From the NCBI GenBank assembly GCA_035715125.1, contig DASTLJ010000484.1:1-41113 (forward strand): 41,113 bases of DNA. Direction: 5' to 3'. Below the pieces are notes generated by a model. The model was not told where the DNA came from. It did not search any database and saw nothing but the letters and a program-made list of their open reading frames with translations. Below are positions 1 to 9,111 of this stretch, in pieces (the stretch's first letter is position 1; each line of letters opens with the position of its first letter). The position numbers and the translations under genes are program-made. The stretch is from Verrucomicrobiia bacterium. GTDB lineage: Bacteria; Verrucomicrobiota; Verrucomicrobiia; Limisphaerales; JADJPG01.

Positions 1-464
1 CGCAACGTTGGATGGCCGATGGCCGCCGTCATGCGCCGGACCTGCCGATTTCTGCCTTCGATGAGTTCGAGCCCAATCCAGCAATCCGGAACGTTTTTTC
101 GAGCGCGAATTGGCGGGTCGCGAGGCGGCGGCTGCGGTTGCGGGTCGAGCAACCACGCGCGGCACGGAAGTGTCTTCCGCCCCTGCACGACCACGCCGCG
201 CGAGAGCCGCTGCAGCGCCTCGTTCGTCGGGATGCGTTCCACCTGCGCCCAATAAGTGCGCGGGTGACCGCGGCGCGGAGGCAGCAGCCGCTCGTTCAAC
301 TCCGGCTCGTCGCTCAAGAGCAGCAAGCCTTCCGAGTCCGCGTCGAGCCGGCCAATGGGGTACACGTCCTTCGGAAAGCCGAACTCGGCCAGCGTCCGAT
401 TCGGCGAGCCGTCGCCGGTGAATTGAGACAACACTCCATAGTGCTTGTGGAACGCAATCAGCAT
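1..464 (-). CDS. rluE: 23S rRNA pseudouridine synthase, RsuA/RluE family (N-terminal part; gene runs off the left edge)
   Basis: Absent from the ORF track because there is no stop in the window. Reverse-strand translation from ATG (complement of 462-464): MLIAFHKHYGVLSQFTGDG...VYPIGRLDADSEGLLLLSDE...RTYWAQVERIPTNEAL...LELIEGRNRQVRRMTAAIGHPTL. The GRLDxDSEGLL catalytic-Asp motif and EGRNRQVRRM match recalled E. coli RluE. Supersedes + strand ORFs 12..548, 19..255 and 110..421. Confidence 0.85.
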   Translation of the reverse strand, partial: MLIAFHKHYGVLSQFTGDGSPNRTLAEFGFPKDVYPIGRLDADSEGLLLLSDEPELNERLLPPRRGHPRTYWAQVERIPTNEALQRLSRGVVVQGRKTLPCRAWLLDPQPQPPPRDPPIRARKNVPDCWIGLELIEGRNRQVRRMTAAIGHPTL

Positions 465-637
465 CGGCAAGCAGGATGCCGCGAAAGGCGCGCCTCGGAA
501 AGTCTGCACACCTCAACGCTATTCGGCATCCCGCGAGAATTCACATGACAATCTCTCGCCTTCGGCTAATCTGACAGTTGATCCTGCCAGACAAGGCGCC
601 GATGGCTGTGGTGCGCGACGTAGCGAACTGGAAAAGT

Positions 638-1831
638 ATGAAGGTGCTCATTCTTGGCGCGGGTCCGGCGGGCCTGACGCTGGCTTTCGAGTTGAAGCAG
701 CGGGCCGTCGACTGTTTGCTCCTCGAAAAAGCCCCCGCTGTCGCGGACTCATGGGCGCGGATGCCGTCGCAACTGAAGCTCGTCAGCCCGTGGAAGGCCA
801 ACTGGCTGCCCGGCGCCGACCCGCGGGGGTTTCCGCCTAACTGCGCATTGTCCGCCGCCGAATACGGCTCGTGGCTCCAGCAATACGCCCGGTTGAGGGA
901 ATTGCCCATCGTGACGAACGCTGAGATCCGCGCCGTCTCTCGCGACGGGGATTCAGGTTTCCAGGTTCAAACGAGCGCCGGCACGTTCACCGCGCCGCTC
1001 GTCGTCAACGCGACCGGCTGCTTCGCGAACCCGTTCGTGCCGAAGCTTCCCGGCGCTGGCGAGTCGTCGATTCCGCAGATTCATTTCGCGGCGTTCCGCG
1101 ACGCCGAGCACATCCGCAATGTCGTCGGCCATGCCGGCGGTAGCGTTCTCATCGTCGGCAAGCGCCTCTCCGCCGGTCAAGCGCTGGTCGAGCTGGCCGA
1201 CGCCGGATTCGAGGTCGCGCTCTCCCGCCGCGGCCCGATTCAGTTCGGAGCGGGCCCGATCGGCTGGTGGATTTTCTTCCGCATCCACCCGGCTCTGGAG
1301 CGGCTCAAATTGGCGTTCCGCGGCGGCGCCGCCCACGGGTTCGAGGTCCGCATGCCCGGCGGAAGCGCCCGGCGACTCGTCGCCAGCGGCCGGGTGAAAG
1401 TATTCCCGGAGATCATCCGTTTCGAGGATCGCCGCGTCCTTTTCACCGACGGTCAATCGTTGCGCGCAGGCGCCGTGCTTTACGCCACCGGCTTTCGGCC
1501 CGCGCTGGCGCACCTGGCCCCGCTCGGCATCGCGTTCGATGAACGGACCGGCCAGCCGGCGCTGCGCGGTTTCGAGAGCGCGGAGGCGCCCGGACTTTTC
1601 TTCCTGGGCCTTGATGGACTGCGCAATTTTCGCAGCCGCTTTCTCCGCGGCATTCGCGAGGACGCCCCGCTGCTGGCCGAAGAGCTGGCGAAACGAACTT
1701 GTTCCCGGACCGCGAATCCGACTAATGTAGCTGTGAGGTCGCGGGCTGATCTCAAAAAACCGTGCCCCTCGATGACTCACACGGAAGAAACAGTCCGATC
1801 GCCTGCGACGTCGCGGTCGCAGTTACGCTGA
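638..1831 (+). CDS. FAD/NAD(P)-binding oxidoreductase (flavin-monooxygenase-like, CzcO/ArsO-type)
   Basis: MKVLILGAGPAGLTLAFEL is a Rossmann GxGxxG motif at ATG 638 (the track ORF starts at TTG 578). Second nucleotide-binding stretch GGSVLIVGKRLSAGQ. ATGF-type motif LYATGFRP. Confidence 0.7.
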   Translation: MKVLILGAGPAGLTLAFELKQRAVDCLLLEKAPAVADSWARMPSQLKLVSPWKANWLPGADPRGFPPNCALSAAEYGSWLQQYARLRELPIVTNAEIRAVSRDGDSGFQVQTSAGTFTAPLVVNATGCFANPFVPKLPGAGESSIPQIHFAAFRDAEHIRNVVGHAGGSVLIVGKRLSAGQALVELADAGFEVALSRRGPIQFGAGPIGWWIFFRIHPALERLKLAFRGGAAHGFEVRMPGGSARRLVASGRVKVFPEIIRFEDRRVLFTDGQSLRAGAVLYATGFRPALAHLAPLGIAFDERTGQPALRGFESAEAPGLFFLGLDGLRNFRSRFLRGIREDAPLLAEELAKRTCSRTANPTNVAVRSRADLKKPCPSMTHTEETVRSPATSRSQLR

Positions 1832-1864
1832 AGACGCACGCGCCGTCGGCATCGCGCTATTCTT

Positions 1865-2896
1865 ATGACCGCCTGGAGCCGCATTCGCTACTACGCGCTT
1901 GTGCCGAAAAACTGGCTCCAGCTCACCGCCCACAACACCTGGGGCATTCTGAACGTGCTCGACATCATCTGGCTTCGCCCCATGCCCGGCGGTTTGATCG
2001 ACGAAACGCACCCCTTCTGCACCGGCATCAACCCGGCCACCGGCCGCCCCATCTGGCACGACAATCTGCTCTTCCGCACCCCGCCACACCCGCACTGGCC
2101 CGACGGACATCGTCCGCCCGATCCCGACGACGAGATCATTTCCAAAGTCGGCGACCACCTTTGCAAACAAGTCCGCATGGCCGCCGCCAGCGCAGGCCAT
2201 CCGACGGGCCACGCCAGCCCGATGCCCCCCGGCATCCTTTACCTGCACGGGGGCGTTCACTTCAACGGCGGCTGGCTGCTCTTCAACGATTTCACCGAGG
2301 CCATCGAGCACTTCAGCGACCGGCGGTTCGCCGCCGAGTTCCGCCGTTTCGTGCGCGAGCAACGTCGCGAGCCGGTTACCCTCTTCCGCGACCGCGACTA
2401 CGACCGCGACGCCTTCGGCCGTTACGTCTGTTTCATGCGGACGATTTTCCCGTGGTTCTCGAACTCGAACGGGCCGAAGAAATTCGTCCTGTGGGGCAAC
2501 CCCTCGCCCTATCCCGCGGTGAACACGATCACGGGCAACTGGATTCGCGACTGCCGCCTCCTTAAATCCGACTCCGGCCGCCACGCCGTTGCCCGCCCGC
2601 CGATCCCGCCAGGCCGCTATTTCCAGGAGGGCCCCTACCACGGCGAGCGCAGCACAACGCTCTGGCCCGAGCACTTGTTGGCCCGCTTCACCGAGAAACG
2701 CATCGCGCTGCGCGGTGAGCAGGAGAACCTTTACTTCGTCGACAAACGAAAGCTGAAGCATGGCCTCCGCTACGGCCCCGAGCCGATTCCGAATCCGCTC
2801 CAGCGCGCCGGCCGATGGCTGCGGCGCCTCGCCCATCCGTTCGCCCGCCGGCAAAGGTTGACCCGGGCGGCCGGCTCAACCGAAGGCCGGCATTGA
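1865..2896 (+). CDS. hypothetical protein (W/H/P/F-rich, 343 aa), no domain recognised
   Basis: Strong G/C third-position bias and protein-like composition (many W, F, Y, N, K). The overlapping ORFs 1823..2854(-) and 1762..2565(+) have the A/G/R/P-rich look of high-GC off-frame translation. Lies 34 nt downstream of the flavoprotein gene. Confidence 0.6.
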   Translation: MTAWSRIRYYALVPKNWLQLTAHNTWGILNVLDIIWLRPMPGGLIDETHPFCTGINPATGRPIWHDNLLFRTPPHPHWPDGHRPPDPDDEIISKVGDHLCKQVRMAAASAGHPTGHASPMPPGILYLHGGVHFNGGWLLFNDFTEAIEHFSDRRFAAEFRRFVREQRREPVTLFRDRDYDRDAFGRYVCFMRTIFPWFSNSNGPKKFVLWGNPSPYPAVNTITGNWIRDCRLLKSDSGRHAVARPPIPPGRYFQEGPYHGERSTTLWPEHLLARFTEKRIALRGEQENLYFVDKRKLKHGLRYGPEPIPNPLQRAGRWLRRLAHPFARRQRLTRAAGSTEGRH

Positions 2897-2902
2897 GCCA
2901 GC

Positions 2903-4342
2903 CTACTTCCCCTGAGCCGCGGTCGGGTCGCGATATCTGTAGAGGAGGGCGAAGACGATGAAGACGGCGCCAGTCCCAAAGGCCAGACCGGCGTAAAGCA
3001 TGAAGCGCCCGGGAGTGACGGAGCTATGGCCGGATCCTCCACCCATTGTAGCCGTAATGGCCATGACAAGGAGATTCCCCAACGACACCGTCAAGTTCCA
3101 GAAGCCCATAATGGTACTCTTCATCGAGGGAGCCGCTTCGCGGAATGCAAACTCTAATCCGGTGGTGGAGACGAGCACTTCGGACGTAGTGAGAATGAAA
3201 TAAGGGAGCAATTGCCACAGGATGGACAGCTTTTTGCCCGCATCGACTTGCTGTTGCAACCACGCGACCACGACGAAACTGGCTCCCGCCAAAAGAATGC
3301 CTATGGACATTCGCTTGAGCGGGGAGGCGAACCTGCCAAGCCGCGGATAGAGCCACCACGTCATAATGGGCACCAGGGCCATGACCATGAGAGCATTGAC
3401 CGATTGCATGCTCGCCGCGTCCAATATCCAGCCAAAAGGAAGATTCACCGGGGTCATGCTGGTGCCCTGCGCAACCCAAGTCGTGTGAGTTTGGTCGAAC
3501 ATGGACCAGAATACGGGAATCATCGCGAAGATCGACAGAATCGGGACCACTGACCGGGCCGCATCGACTTCTTGTTCGGAGTAACGCTGGCGAGCGCGAT
3601 TCCAGAATCCGCCAGAACCGGCATGGTTTTGCAGTGCTGCAAAGAAGACTGCGAAGAAGCCGGCCGTCCGCGACTCCCGGGCTGGTGGCACCATAACGTA
3701 ATGCCGCGTCCCAAACCAGAAAATCAGCGTCGCAACACCCATGAGAATCCCCGGCACAAAGAATGCCCACGCCCAACTGTGGTTCTTGATCTGCGGGATC
3801 AGCATCATGGAAAAGAACGAACCGAAATTGATCGACCAATAAAATGCCGCGTAGGCCTTTTGGAGCAGGCGGGTCTGGTTCGCCTTGAATTGGTCACCGA
3901 GGAAGGCGGACACGCAGGGTTTGATGCCGCCAGAACCAAATGCGACCAGCATAAGGCCCGTGTAAAGGCAGGCCGTTCTGGCCTCCTTCGTCCCTGTAAA
4001 ATCACCGAGAGCAAGGACTCCATGCCCAGCGCAGTACGCCAGCGAGATCCATAGGATGGTCCGGTAGCGACCCCAGTACCGGTCGGAAACCCACGCCCCC
4101 AGTAGAGGCATGAAATAGTTCACGAACTTGAACGCGTGGATGATGAAGGCGGAGTCGTCCTGAGTCTTCTCCAACACCTCCGTGATGTACACCATCAGAA
4201 TACTAACCAGGCCGTAGTAGCTGAAACGCTCCGCCGCCTCATTGCCGATGATGAACTTGGTCTGCGCCGGCCAGCGGTCGCTGCGCGTTTCGACGGTCGG
4301 GGCGGCCGCTGCTTCAGCGGCAGTCGCAGTGGGCGTGCTCAT
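2903..4342 (-). CDS. proton-dependent oligopeptide transporter (POT/PTR2 family, DtpT-like)
   Basis: FIIGNEAAERFSYYG is the ExxERFxYYG PTR2 signature. Polytopic hydrophobic protein. Start taken at MSTPTATA (ATG, complement of 4340-4342); the track ORF extends to 4399. Confidence 0.85.
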   Translation of the reverse strand: MSTPTATAAEAAAAPTVETRSDRWPAQTKFIIGNEAAERFSYYGLVSILMVYITEVLEKTQDDSAFIIHAFKFVNYFMPLLGAWVSDRYWGRYRTILWISLAYCAGHGVLALGDFTGTKEARTACLYTGLMLVAFGSGGIKPCVSAFLGDQFKANQTRLLQKAYAAFYWSINFGSFFSMMLIPQIKNHSWAWAFFVPGILMGVATLIFWFGTRHYVMVPPARESRTAGFFAVFFAALQNHAGSGGFWNRARQRYSEQEVDAARSVVPILSIFAMIPVFWSMFDQTHTTWVAQGTSMTPVNLPFGWILDAASMQSVNALMVMALVPIMTWWLYPRLGRFASPLKRMSIGILLAGASFVVVAWLQQQVDAGKKLSILWQLLPYFILTTSEVLVSTTGLEFAFREAAPSMKSTIMGFWNLTVSLGNLLVMAITATMGGGSGHSSVTPGRFMLYAGLAFGTGAVFIVFALLYRYRDPTAAQGK

Positions 4343-4418
4343 GCGTGCATTAGGCGTTCGGGCTGTTGAGTAGCGGATTTGGCGCGGGCGGGGAAGCACT
4401 ACTTTTGGCGGCAGATAA

Positions 4419-4557
4419 CTTGAAGCGCCAACTGGTTAAATCGTTAAAACGTTGAATCGTTAAATCGTTGAAGCGAGCTGGCGCGCTTGCACTTCAGCGG
4501 TTTAACGATTCAACGATTCAACGATTAAACGATTCAACGCTTCAACGCTTCAACGCC
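4419..4557. repeat. palindrome built from tandem ~8-nt units (CGATTCAA / TTGAATCG family)
   Basis: Left arm cttgaagcgccaactggttaaatcgttaaaacgttgaatcgttaaatcgttgaagcg. Right arm ggtttaacgattcaacgattcaacgattaaacgattcaacgcttcaacgcttcaacgcc. The arms are mutually reverse-complementary arrays. Lies between divergent genes. Confidence 0.85.
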
Positions 4558-4683
4558 TCATCGCCTAAAGCCCTCCCGCCACCCCGCCGTTCTACCTCCC
4601 GGCACAATGTCACCCATTGCTTCCGCGCCCCGCTTCGGCCACGCTCCCGCCGACAGGCACGGCGGCCTGGCAGATCTTGCAGG

Positions 4684-7600
4684 ATGCAAACGCTCCTCAT
4701 GAACCCCGCGCCCGGCGAGCGCCTCGTGCGCTTCGTCGGCGACCAGCTTTCCTTCAGTCTCGGCACCCCGGATGGCCGTCCGTTGCCCGAAGGCTGGCAG
4801 GCCCGGCTTCGCACCAACCTCGGCCGGGGTCATGTGCTGCGCCAGGAAATCATCCTCGCCCACAGCCGCAAACCCCAACTGGCCCTGGCCTCGTGGCGTG
4901 ACCTCCCGATGCGCCCCGACGCCGCGGGCATGTGGACGCTTTCGTTGCCACTCACAGAGGTGGGCTTTTTCAAGGCCAAGGCGTACGCCATCGATCCGTT
5001 GGGCCGCCAGCAGTGGCCCGACGGACCCGACTTCGGCATGAGCGTCCATCCCGACGCCTATCGCACGGCCAACACCCTCTACTGCGCCTTCCCGCGCATG
5101 TTCGGCCCATCGAAGAAGCTCGTCAGCACGGTCGATAAGCCGCTGGAGGCGCAGCTTCGCGTGCTCGATGCGAAGGATTTTACGGTCATCCCACCGTCCG
5201 GCAAATTGCGCGATCTCGTTGCAGAACTCCCGTTCATCATCGGCGAACTCGGTTGCCGCATCCTCCACCTGCTCCCGATCACTCCCACGCCCACGACCTA
5301 CGCGCGCTTCGGCCGGTTCGGGAGCCCGTACGCCGTGCAGGACCTGCTCGCCATCGATCCGGCGCTCATCGAGTTCGACAAACGCACGACCGGCGTGGAC
5401 CAGTTCCGCGAGCTGGCCTTCGCCACGCACGCGCGCGGCGCGAAAGTGTTCCTGGACCTGGTGATCAATCACACAGGCTGGGGAGCGACGCTTCACGAGC
5501 AGCATCCCGAATGGTACTTGCGCGCGAAGGACGGTTCGTTCGTTTGCCCCGGCGCCTGGGGAGTCGTCTGGGAGGACCTCGTGGAATTGGACCACCGTGA
5601 GCCCGCGCTCTGGGAGCACATGGCCGACGTCTTCCTCGAATGGTGCCGGCGCGGTGTGGACGGTTTTCGCTGCGACGCCGGATACAAGATCCCGGTCCCC
5701 GCCTGGCGATACATCACCGCGCGTGTGCAGGAGGAATTCCCGGAAACCGTCTTCCTGCTCGAGGGCCTCGGCGGTTCGTGGGAAGCCACGGAGAATCTCC
5801 TTACCGACGGCGCGATGCAGTGGGCTTACTCGGAGCTGTTCCAGAATTTTTCCCGCCAGGAAATTGCCAACTACCTCGACTACGCGCTCAAGCAAAGCCG
5901 CCGCGCCGGCCTCTACATCCACTACTCGGAAACGCATGACAACGACCGCCTCGCCCAGCTCGGCCGCAGTTGGTCGCTGTTGCGCAACCGGCTGTGCGGC
6001 TTGACCAGCGTCAGCGGCGGCTTCGGCTTCACTTGTGGCGTCGAGTGGCTTGCGACGGAAAAGATTAACGTCCATTCCAGCCGCGGCCTGGCGTGGGGCC
6101 AGGAGCCGAACCTGGTCGGCGAACTGGCGCAGCTCAACCGGCTGCTGGCGCAGCATCCGTGCTTCTTCGACAACGCCGCTCTGACGCGCCTGAGCGCGCC
6201 CGACGATCACGTTCTGGCGTTGCGCCGCGTCTCCGACGAGGGCGTCGACCAAACGCTGGTGCTGGTGAACACGGACCCGAAGATCGCCCGCTCGATCACG
6301 CTGGACCTGGAGACGTGGGAGGAACTCGGCTCGCCGCGCCACGATTTGCTCGGCCAAACGGCGCCCGCGATCAAGGAGCACGCCGAAGGCATCGAGATTG
6401 TGCTCAAACCGGCGGACTGCTTTTGCCTCGCCGAACAGCTCGAGCCTCGCGGCCTGGCCGGCGACGCCTACCGCGCGCTGCGCGCGCAGGCCGCCTGGGC
6501 CATCGCCATGATCACCTTGCGCATCCGCATGCGGCACCTGAGCGCATTTGACTGGCGGGAGATGGCCTCGCGAGTCCAGGCCGGCGCAAAACCATTCCTC
6601 GCAGCCGTCAGGTACCTCGACCCTGCGCTGGTGAAGGAGGACGCGCTCGCCGCGCTGAAGCAGGCCGCGGCGGTCGAACGCTTCCCGCCCGTGGTGACGT
6701 GGGATCATTCCAACGCCAGCCGCGTGACCCTCGTGCCTTGCGACCATTGGCTGCTGGTCGAGGAGGACGCGCCCTTCCGCGCCGTTCTCAAGCCGGACGA
6801 CACGTCCTTCCCCGGACACGCCGCATCGATTCGCATCGGCACCCGCTACTTTGCCAGCTTTGCCCCCGCCCGGCCGCCCGGCGACGCGACGTTGAAGCTG
6901 GAGCGCTACGACGGCGAACCGAAGTTTGTCGAGGCCCGTATCCGCTTCATCGATCTGCCAAAAGAAAATCCGCAATCCGCAGTCCGCAATCCGCAATGCC
7001 TGGTCCTTCTCACCAATGGCCTCGGCGGCATGGCGCGACTGGCGGTCGATCTGGGCCAGGTTTATTCCAAGTACGACTGCCTGCTCGGCGCCAACCTCCA
7101 TCCCGCCTTGCCCGTGGACCGCCACATCCTGGCCAAGCGCGCCCGCGTTTGGATCGACGCCGACGGCTTCAGCACGCCTCTCAACTTCGACAATCTGCTC
7201 GATTTCGAGCTGCGCCCCGTCGCCCAGTGGCGCTTCCTGGCCAGCGCCGGCGACGACCGGGCCGTCGAAGTGCGCCTGTGCGCCGACATGCTCGAAGGCC
7301 GCAACGTCACCGTGCTCCAGTTCCATCGACCCGACGCCGCGCCGCGCGCCGGGCATGATCTGGCTCCCGAGTGCCGCGTGTCCCTCACCGTGCGCGTGGA
7401 CATCGAGGACCGCAATTTCCACACCGAAACGCAACGCAACTCCGGCGCCGAACATCACTTCGCCTCCCACACGCGCACGTTGGGCGACCAAACCGGATTC
7501 GAGTTCGCTCCCGCGGTGGACCGCCGGTTGCGCGTTTTCGCCGACCACGGGCTTTATCATCCGCAGCCCGAGTGGAGCGAACACATCGAGCATCCGGTCG

Positions 7601-9027
7601 AAGCGACGCGCGGCCAGACGGCGCACGGCGACGCGTTCAGCCCCGGCTGGTTCGAATTGCCGCTGCCCAAAGGCCAGACTGTCACGCTCGTGATCAGCGC
7701 CGACCCCGTGGATCCAACCGCTGCCGAGTTGAAGGGCTTCGTCGAGCAACGCGAGGCTGCTGATGTGAAACTGCTGCGCGACGCGGATCTCCAGCGCGGC
7801 GACCGCTTCGGGCGCGAGCTGGCGCTGGCCCTGCGCGCGTTCGTCGCGAGGCGCGACCGCGGCCGGACCATCATCGCGGGCTACCCGTGGTTCCTCGATT
7901 GGGGGCGCGATTCGCTCATCTGCGCTCGCGGCCTGCTGGCCGCCGGCATGACCGATGAAGTGCAGCAATTGCTCACGGTTCTTGCCCACTTCGAGGATCG
8001 CGGCACGCTGCCCAACACGATTCGCGGGGAAGACGCTTCCAATCGCGACACCACCGACGCTCCGCTCTGGTTTGGCATCGTCTGCGAGGAACACGCTGAA
8101 ACAATGACCCGCGCCCGCGCCACGGCGTTTTACGCGACGCAGGTCGATCACCGCGGGCGCACCGTGGCCGATGTGCTGCAGTCCATCGCCTGCGGCTTCC
8201 GCGACGGCACACCCAATGGCATCCGGATGGATCCCGAGTCCGCGCTGGTCTGGAGCCCGAGCCACTTCACCTGGATGGACACCAGTTTCCCCGCCGGCAC
8301 CCCGCGCGAAGGCTACCCGGTCGAAATCCAGGCGCTGTGGGTGCGCTTGTTGCGGCAAGTCGCCCGCCTCGCCGGCCGCGGGGAAGGCGACGAATGGGCT
8401 GCGCTCGCCCAGCGCGCCGAGCAGTCCCTGCTCGAAAAATACTGGATCGAAGAACTTGGCTGGATCGCCGATTTGCTCGTGGCGGCGCCGTCGGTGCCCG
8501 CGCGCGACGCGGAGCAGGACACGTCCCTGCGGAGCAACGGCCTGCTGGCCGTCAGCCTGGGTTTGCTGACGGGCCAACGGGCCCGACGCACCGTGGACGC
8601 GGCGCTGCGGCACCTGGTCGTGCCGGGCGCGCTGCGGTCACTGGCGCCTTTGCCCGTTTCACCGCCGCTGCCCATTCACGGGCGGGACGGCCAATTGCTC
8701 AATGATCCCAGGAATCCCTACCGGGGCCGCTACGAAGGCGACGAGGACACGCGCCGCAAGCCCGCCTACCACAATGGCACCGCCTGGACGTGGACCTTCC
8801 CTGTCCTCTGCGAAGCAATTGCGCGAGCGTGGGATTTTGAGGAGGAGGCGGTGGCCGCCGCCCGTTCTTACCTCGGCAGCATGGACCAATTGCTCCGCGA
8901 AGGCTGCATTGGCCAGATTCCCGAAATCCTCGACGGGGACGCTCCGCACGCCCAGCGCGGCTGCGACGCGCAGGCCTGGGGCGTGACGGAGGCGCTGAGG
9001 GTGTGGAAGCTCTTGAGCAAGTCGTGA
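4684..9027 (+). CDS. fusion protein: GH13 alpha-amylase-family (GlgE-like) module + archaeal-type glycogen debranching enzyme (GDE_N + amylo-alpha-1,6-glucosidase GDE_C)
   Basis: GH13 regions I-IV: VFLDLVINHTGW, GFRCDAGYKIP, FLLEGLGG, YSETHDN. GDE N-domain: LLTNGLGGMARL...YDCLLGA. GDE_C: IIAGYPWFLDWGRDSLICARGLL, EIQALW, AYHNGTAWTW. Start taken at ATG 4684 (MQTLLMNPAPGERLVRF). The track start 4468 reads through the repeat element 4419..4557. Confidence 0.85.
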   Translation: MQTLLMNPAPGERLVRFVGDQLSFSLGTPDGRPLPEGWQARLRTNLGRGHVLRQEIILAHSRKPQLALASWRDLPMRPDAAGMWTLSLPLTEVGFFKAKAYAIDPLGRQQWPDGPDFGMSVHPDAYRTANTLYCAFPRMFGPSKKLVSTVDKPLEAQLRVLDAKDFTVIPPSGKLRDLVAELPFIIGELGCRILHLLPITPTPTTYARFGRFGSPYAVQDLLAIDPALIEFDKRTTGVDQFRELAFATHARGAKVFLDLVINHTGWGATLHEQHPEWYLRAKDGSFVCPGAWGVVWEDLVELDHREPALWEHMADVFLEWCRRGVDGFRCDAGYKIPVPAWRYITARVQEEFPETVFLLEGLGGSWEATENLLTDGAMQWAYSELFQNFSRQEIANYLDYALKQSRRAGLYIHYSETHDNDRLAQLGRSWSLLRNRLCGLTSVSGGFGFTCGVEWLATEKINVHSSRGLAWGQEPNLVGELAQLNRLLAQHPCFFDNAALTRLSAPDDHVLALRRVSDEGVDQTLVLVNTDPKIARSITLDLETWEELGSPRHDLLGQTAPAIKEHAEGIEIVLKPADCFCLAEQLEPRGLAGDAYRALRAQAAWAIAMITLRIRMRHLSAFDWREMASRVQAGAKPFLAAVRYLDPALVKEDALAALKQAAAVERFPPVVTWDHSNASRVTLVPCDHWLLVEEDAPFRAVLKPDDTSFPGHAASIRIGTRYFASFAPARPPGDATLKLERYDGEPKFVEARIRFIDLPKENPQSAVRNPQCLVLLTNGLGGMARLAVDLGQVYSKYDCLLGANLHPALPVDRHILAKRARVWIDADGFSTPLNFDNLLDFELRPVAQWRFLASAGDDRAVEVRLCADMLEGRNVTVLQFHRPDAAPRAGHDLAPECRVSLTVRVDIEDRNFHTETQRNSGAEHHFASHTRTLGDQTGFEFAPAVDRRLRVFADHGLYHPQPEWSEHIEHPVEATRGQTAHGDAFSPGWFELPLPKGQTVTLVISADPVDPTAAELKGFVEQREAADVKLLRDADLQRGDRFGRELALALRAFVARRDRGRTIIAGYPWFLDWGRDSLICARGLLAAGMTDEVQQLLTVLAHFEDRGTLPNTIRGEDASNRDTTDAPLWFGIVCEEHAETMTRARATAFYATQVDHRGRTVADVLQSIACGFRDGTPNGIRMDPESALVWSPSHFTWMDTSFPAGTPREGYPVEIQALWVRLLRQVARLAGRGEGDEWAALAQRAEQSLLEKYWIEELGWIADLLVAAPSVPARDAEQDTSLRSNGLLAVSLGLLTGQRARRTVDAALRHLVVPGALRSLAPLPVSPPLPIHGRDGQLLNDPRNPYRGRYEGDEDTRRKPAYHNGTAWTWTFPVLCEAIARAWDFEEEAVAAARSYLGSMDQLLREGCIGQIPEILDGDAPHAQRGCDAQAWGVTEALRVWKLLSKS
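6967..7000 (+). repeat. one-armed heptamer array inside a CDS (AATCCGC x4 + partial unit)
   Basis: aatccgc aatccgc agtccgc aatccgc aatgcc, translated in frame as NPQSAVRNPQC, immediately before LVLLTNGLGG (start of the GDE module). Confidence 0.8.
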
Positions 9028-9029
9028 TT

Positions 9030-9111
9030 GGATTTACGATTTACGGGCAAGTGGGTGAAACGCCCGAGCGAGCGAACGGCGCGTAAATCGTAAATCGTAA
9101 ATCGTAAATCC
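9030..9111. repeat. palindrome with heptamer-array arms (GATTTAC / CGTAAAT)
   Basis: ggatttacgatttacgg ...35 nt... cgtaaatcgtaaatcgtaaatcgtaaatcc. 16-nt perfect complementarity, available in several registers. Confidence 0.9.

Noticed and set aside
12-548. Plus-strand ORFs at the left edge (12..548, 19..255, 110..421).
   Set aside because: The reverse strand encodes an unmistakable RluE-like pseudouridine synthase (GRLDADSEGLL, EGRNRQVRRM). It is missing from the track only because its stop lies outside the window.
4419-4557. Possible CRISPR arrays, given the many short tandem repeats (also 9030-9111, 16794-16890, 18993-19122, 21407-21494).
   Set aside because: The units are 7-10 nt and directly abutting, with no spacers. 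The arrays occur as inverted pairs. No cas genes are present.
6996-6998. ATG within the heptamer array as a hidden internal start for a separate GDE gene.
   Set aside because: It is out of frame with the GDE module (the frame reads ..CAA TGC CTG..). The large ORF is uninterrupted, so a single fusion protein is the simplest reading.
4558-8613. 1351-aa ORF on the minus strand, plus similar long antisense ORFs (28085..30232 -, 31693..33984 +, 15251..16675 -, 26802..27905 +, 35357..36787 -, 13834..14985 -, 24974..26335 -, 1823..2854 -).
   Set aside because: Each lies exactly antisense to or out of frame with a gene that has clear family motifs. Their translations are Ala/Gly/Arg/Val/Pro-rich with no motifs, as expected from stop-codon depletion in ~65-70% G+C DNA.
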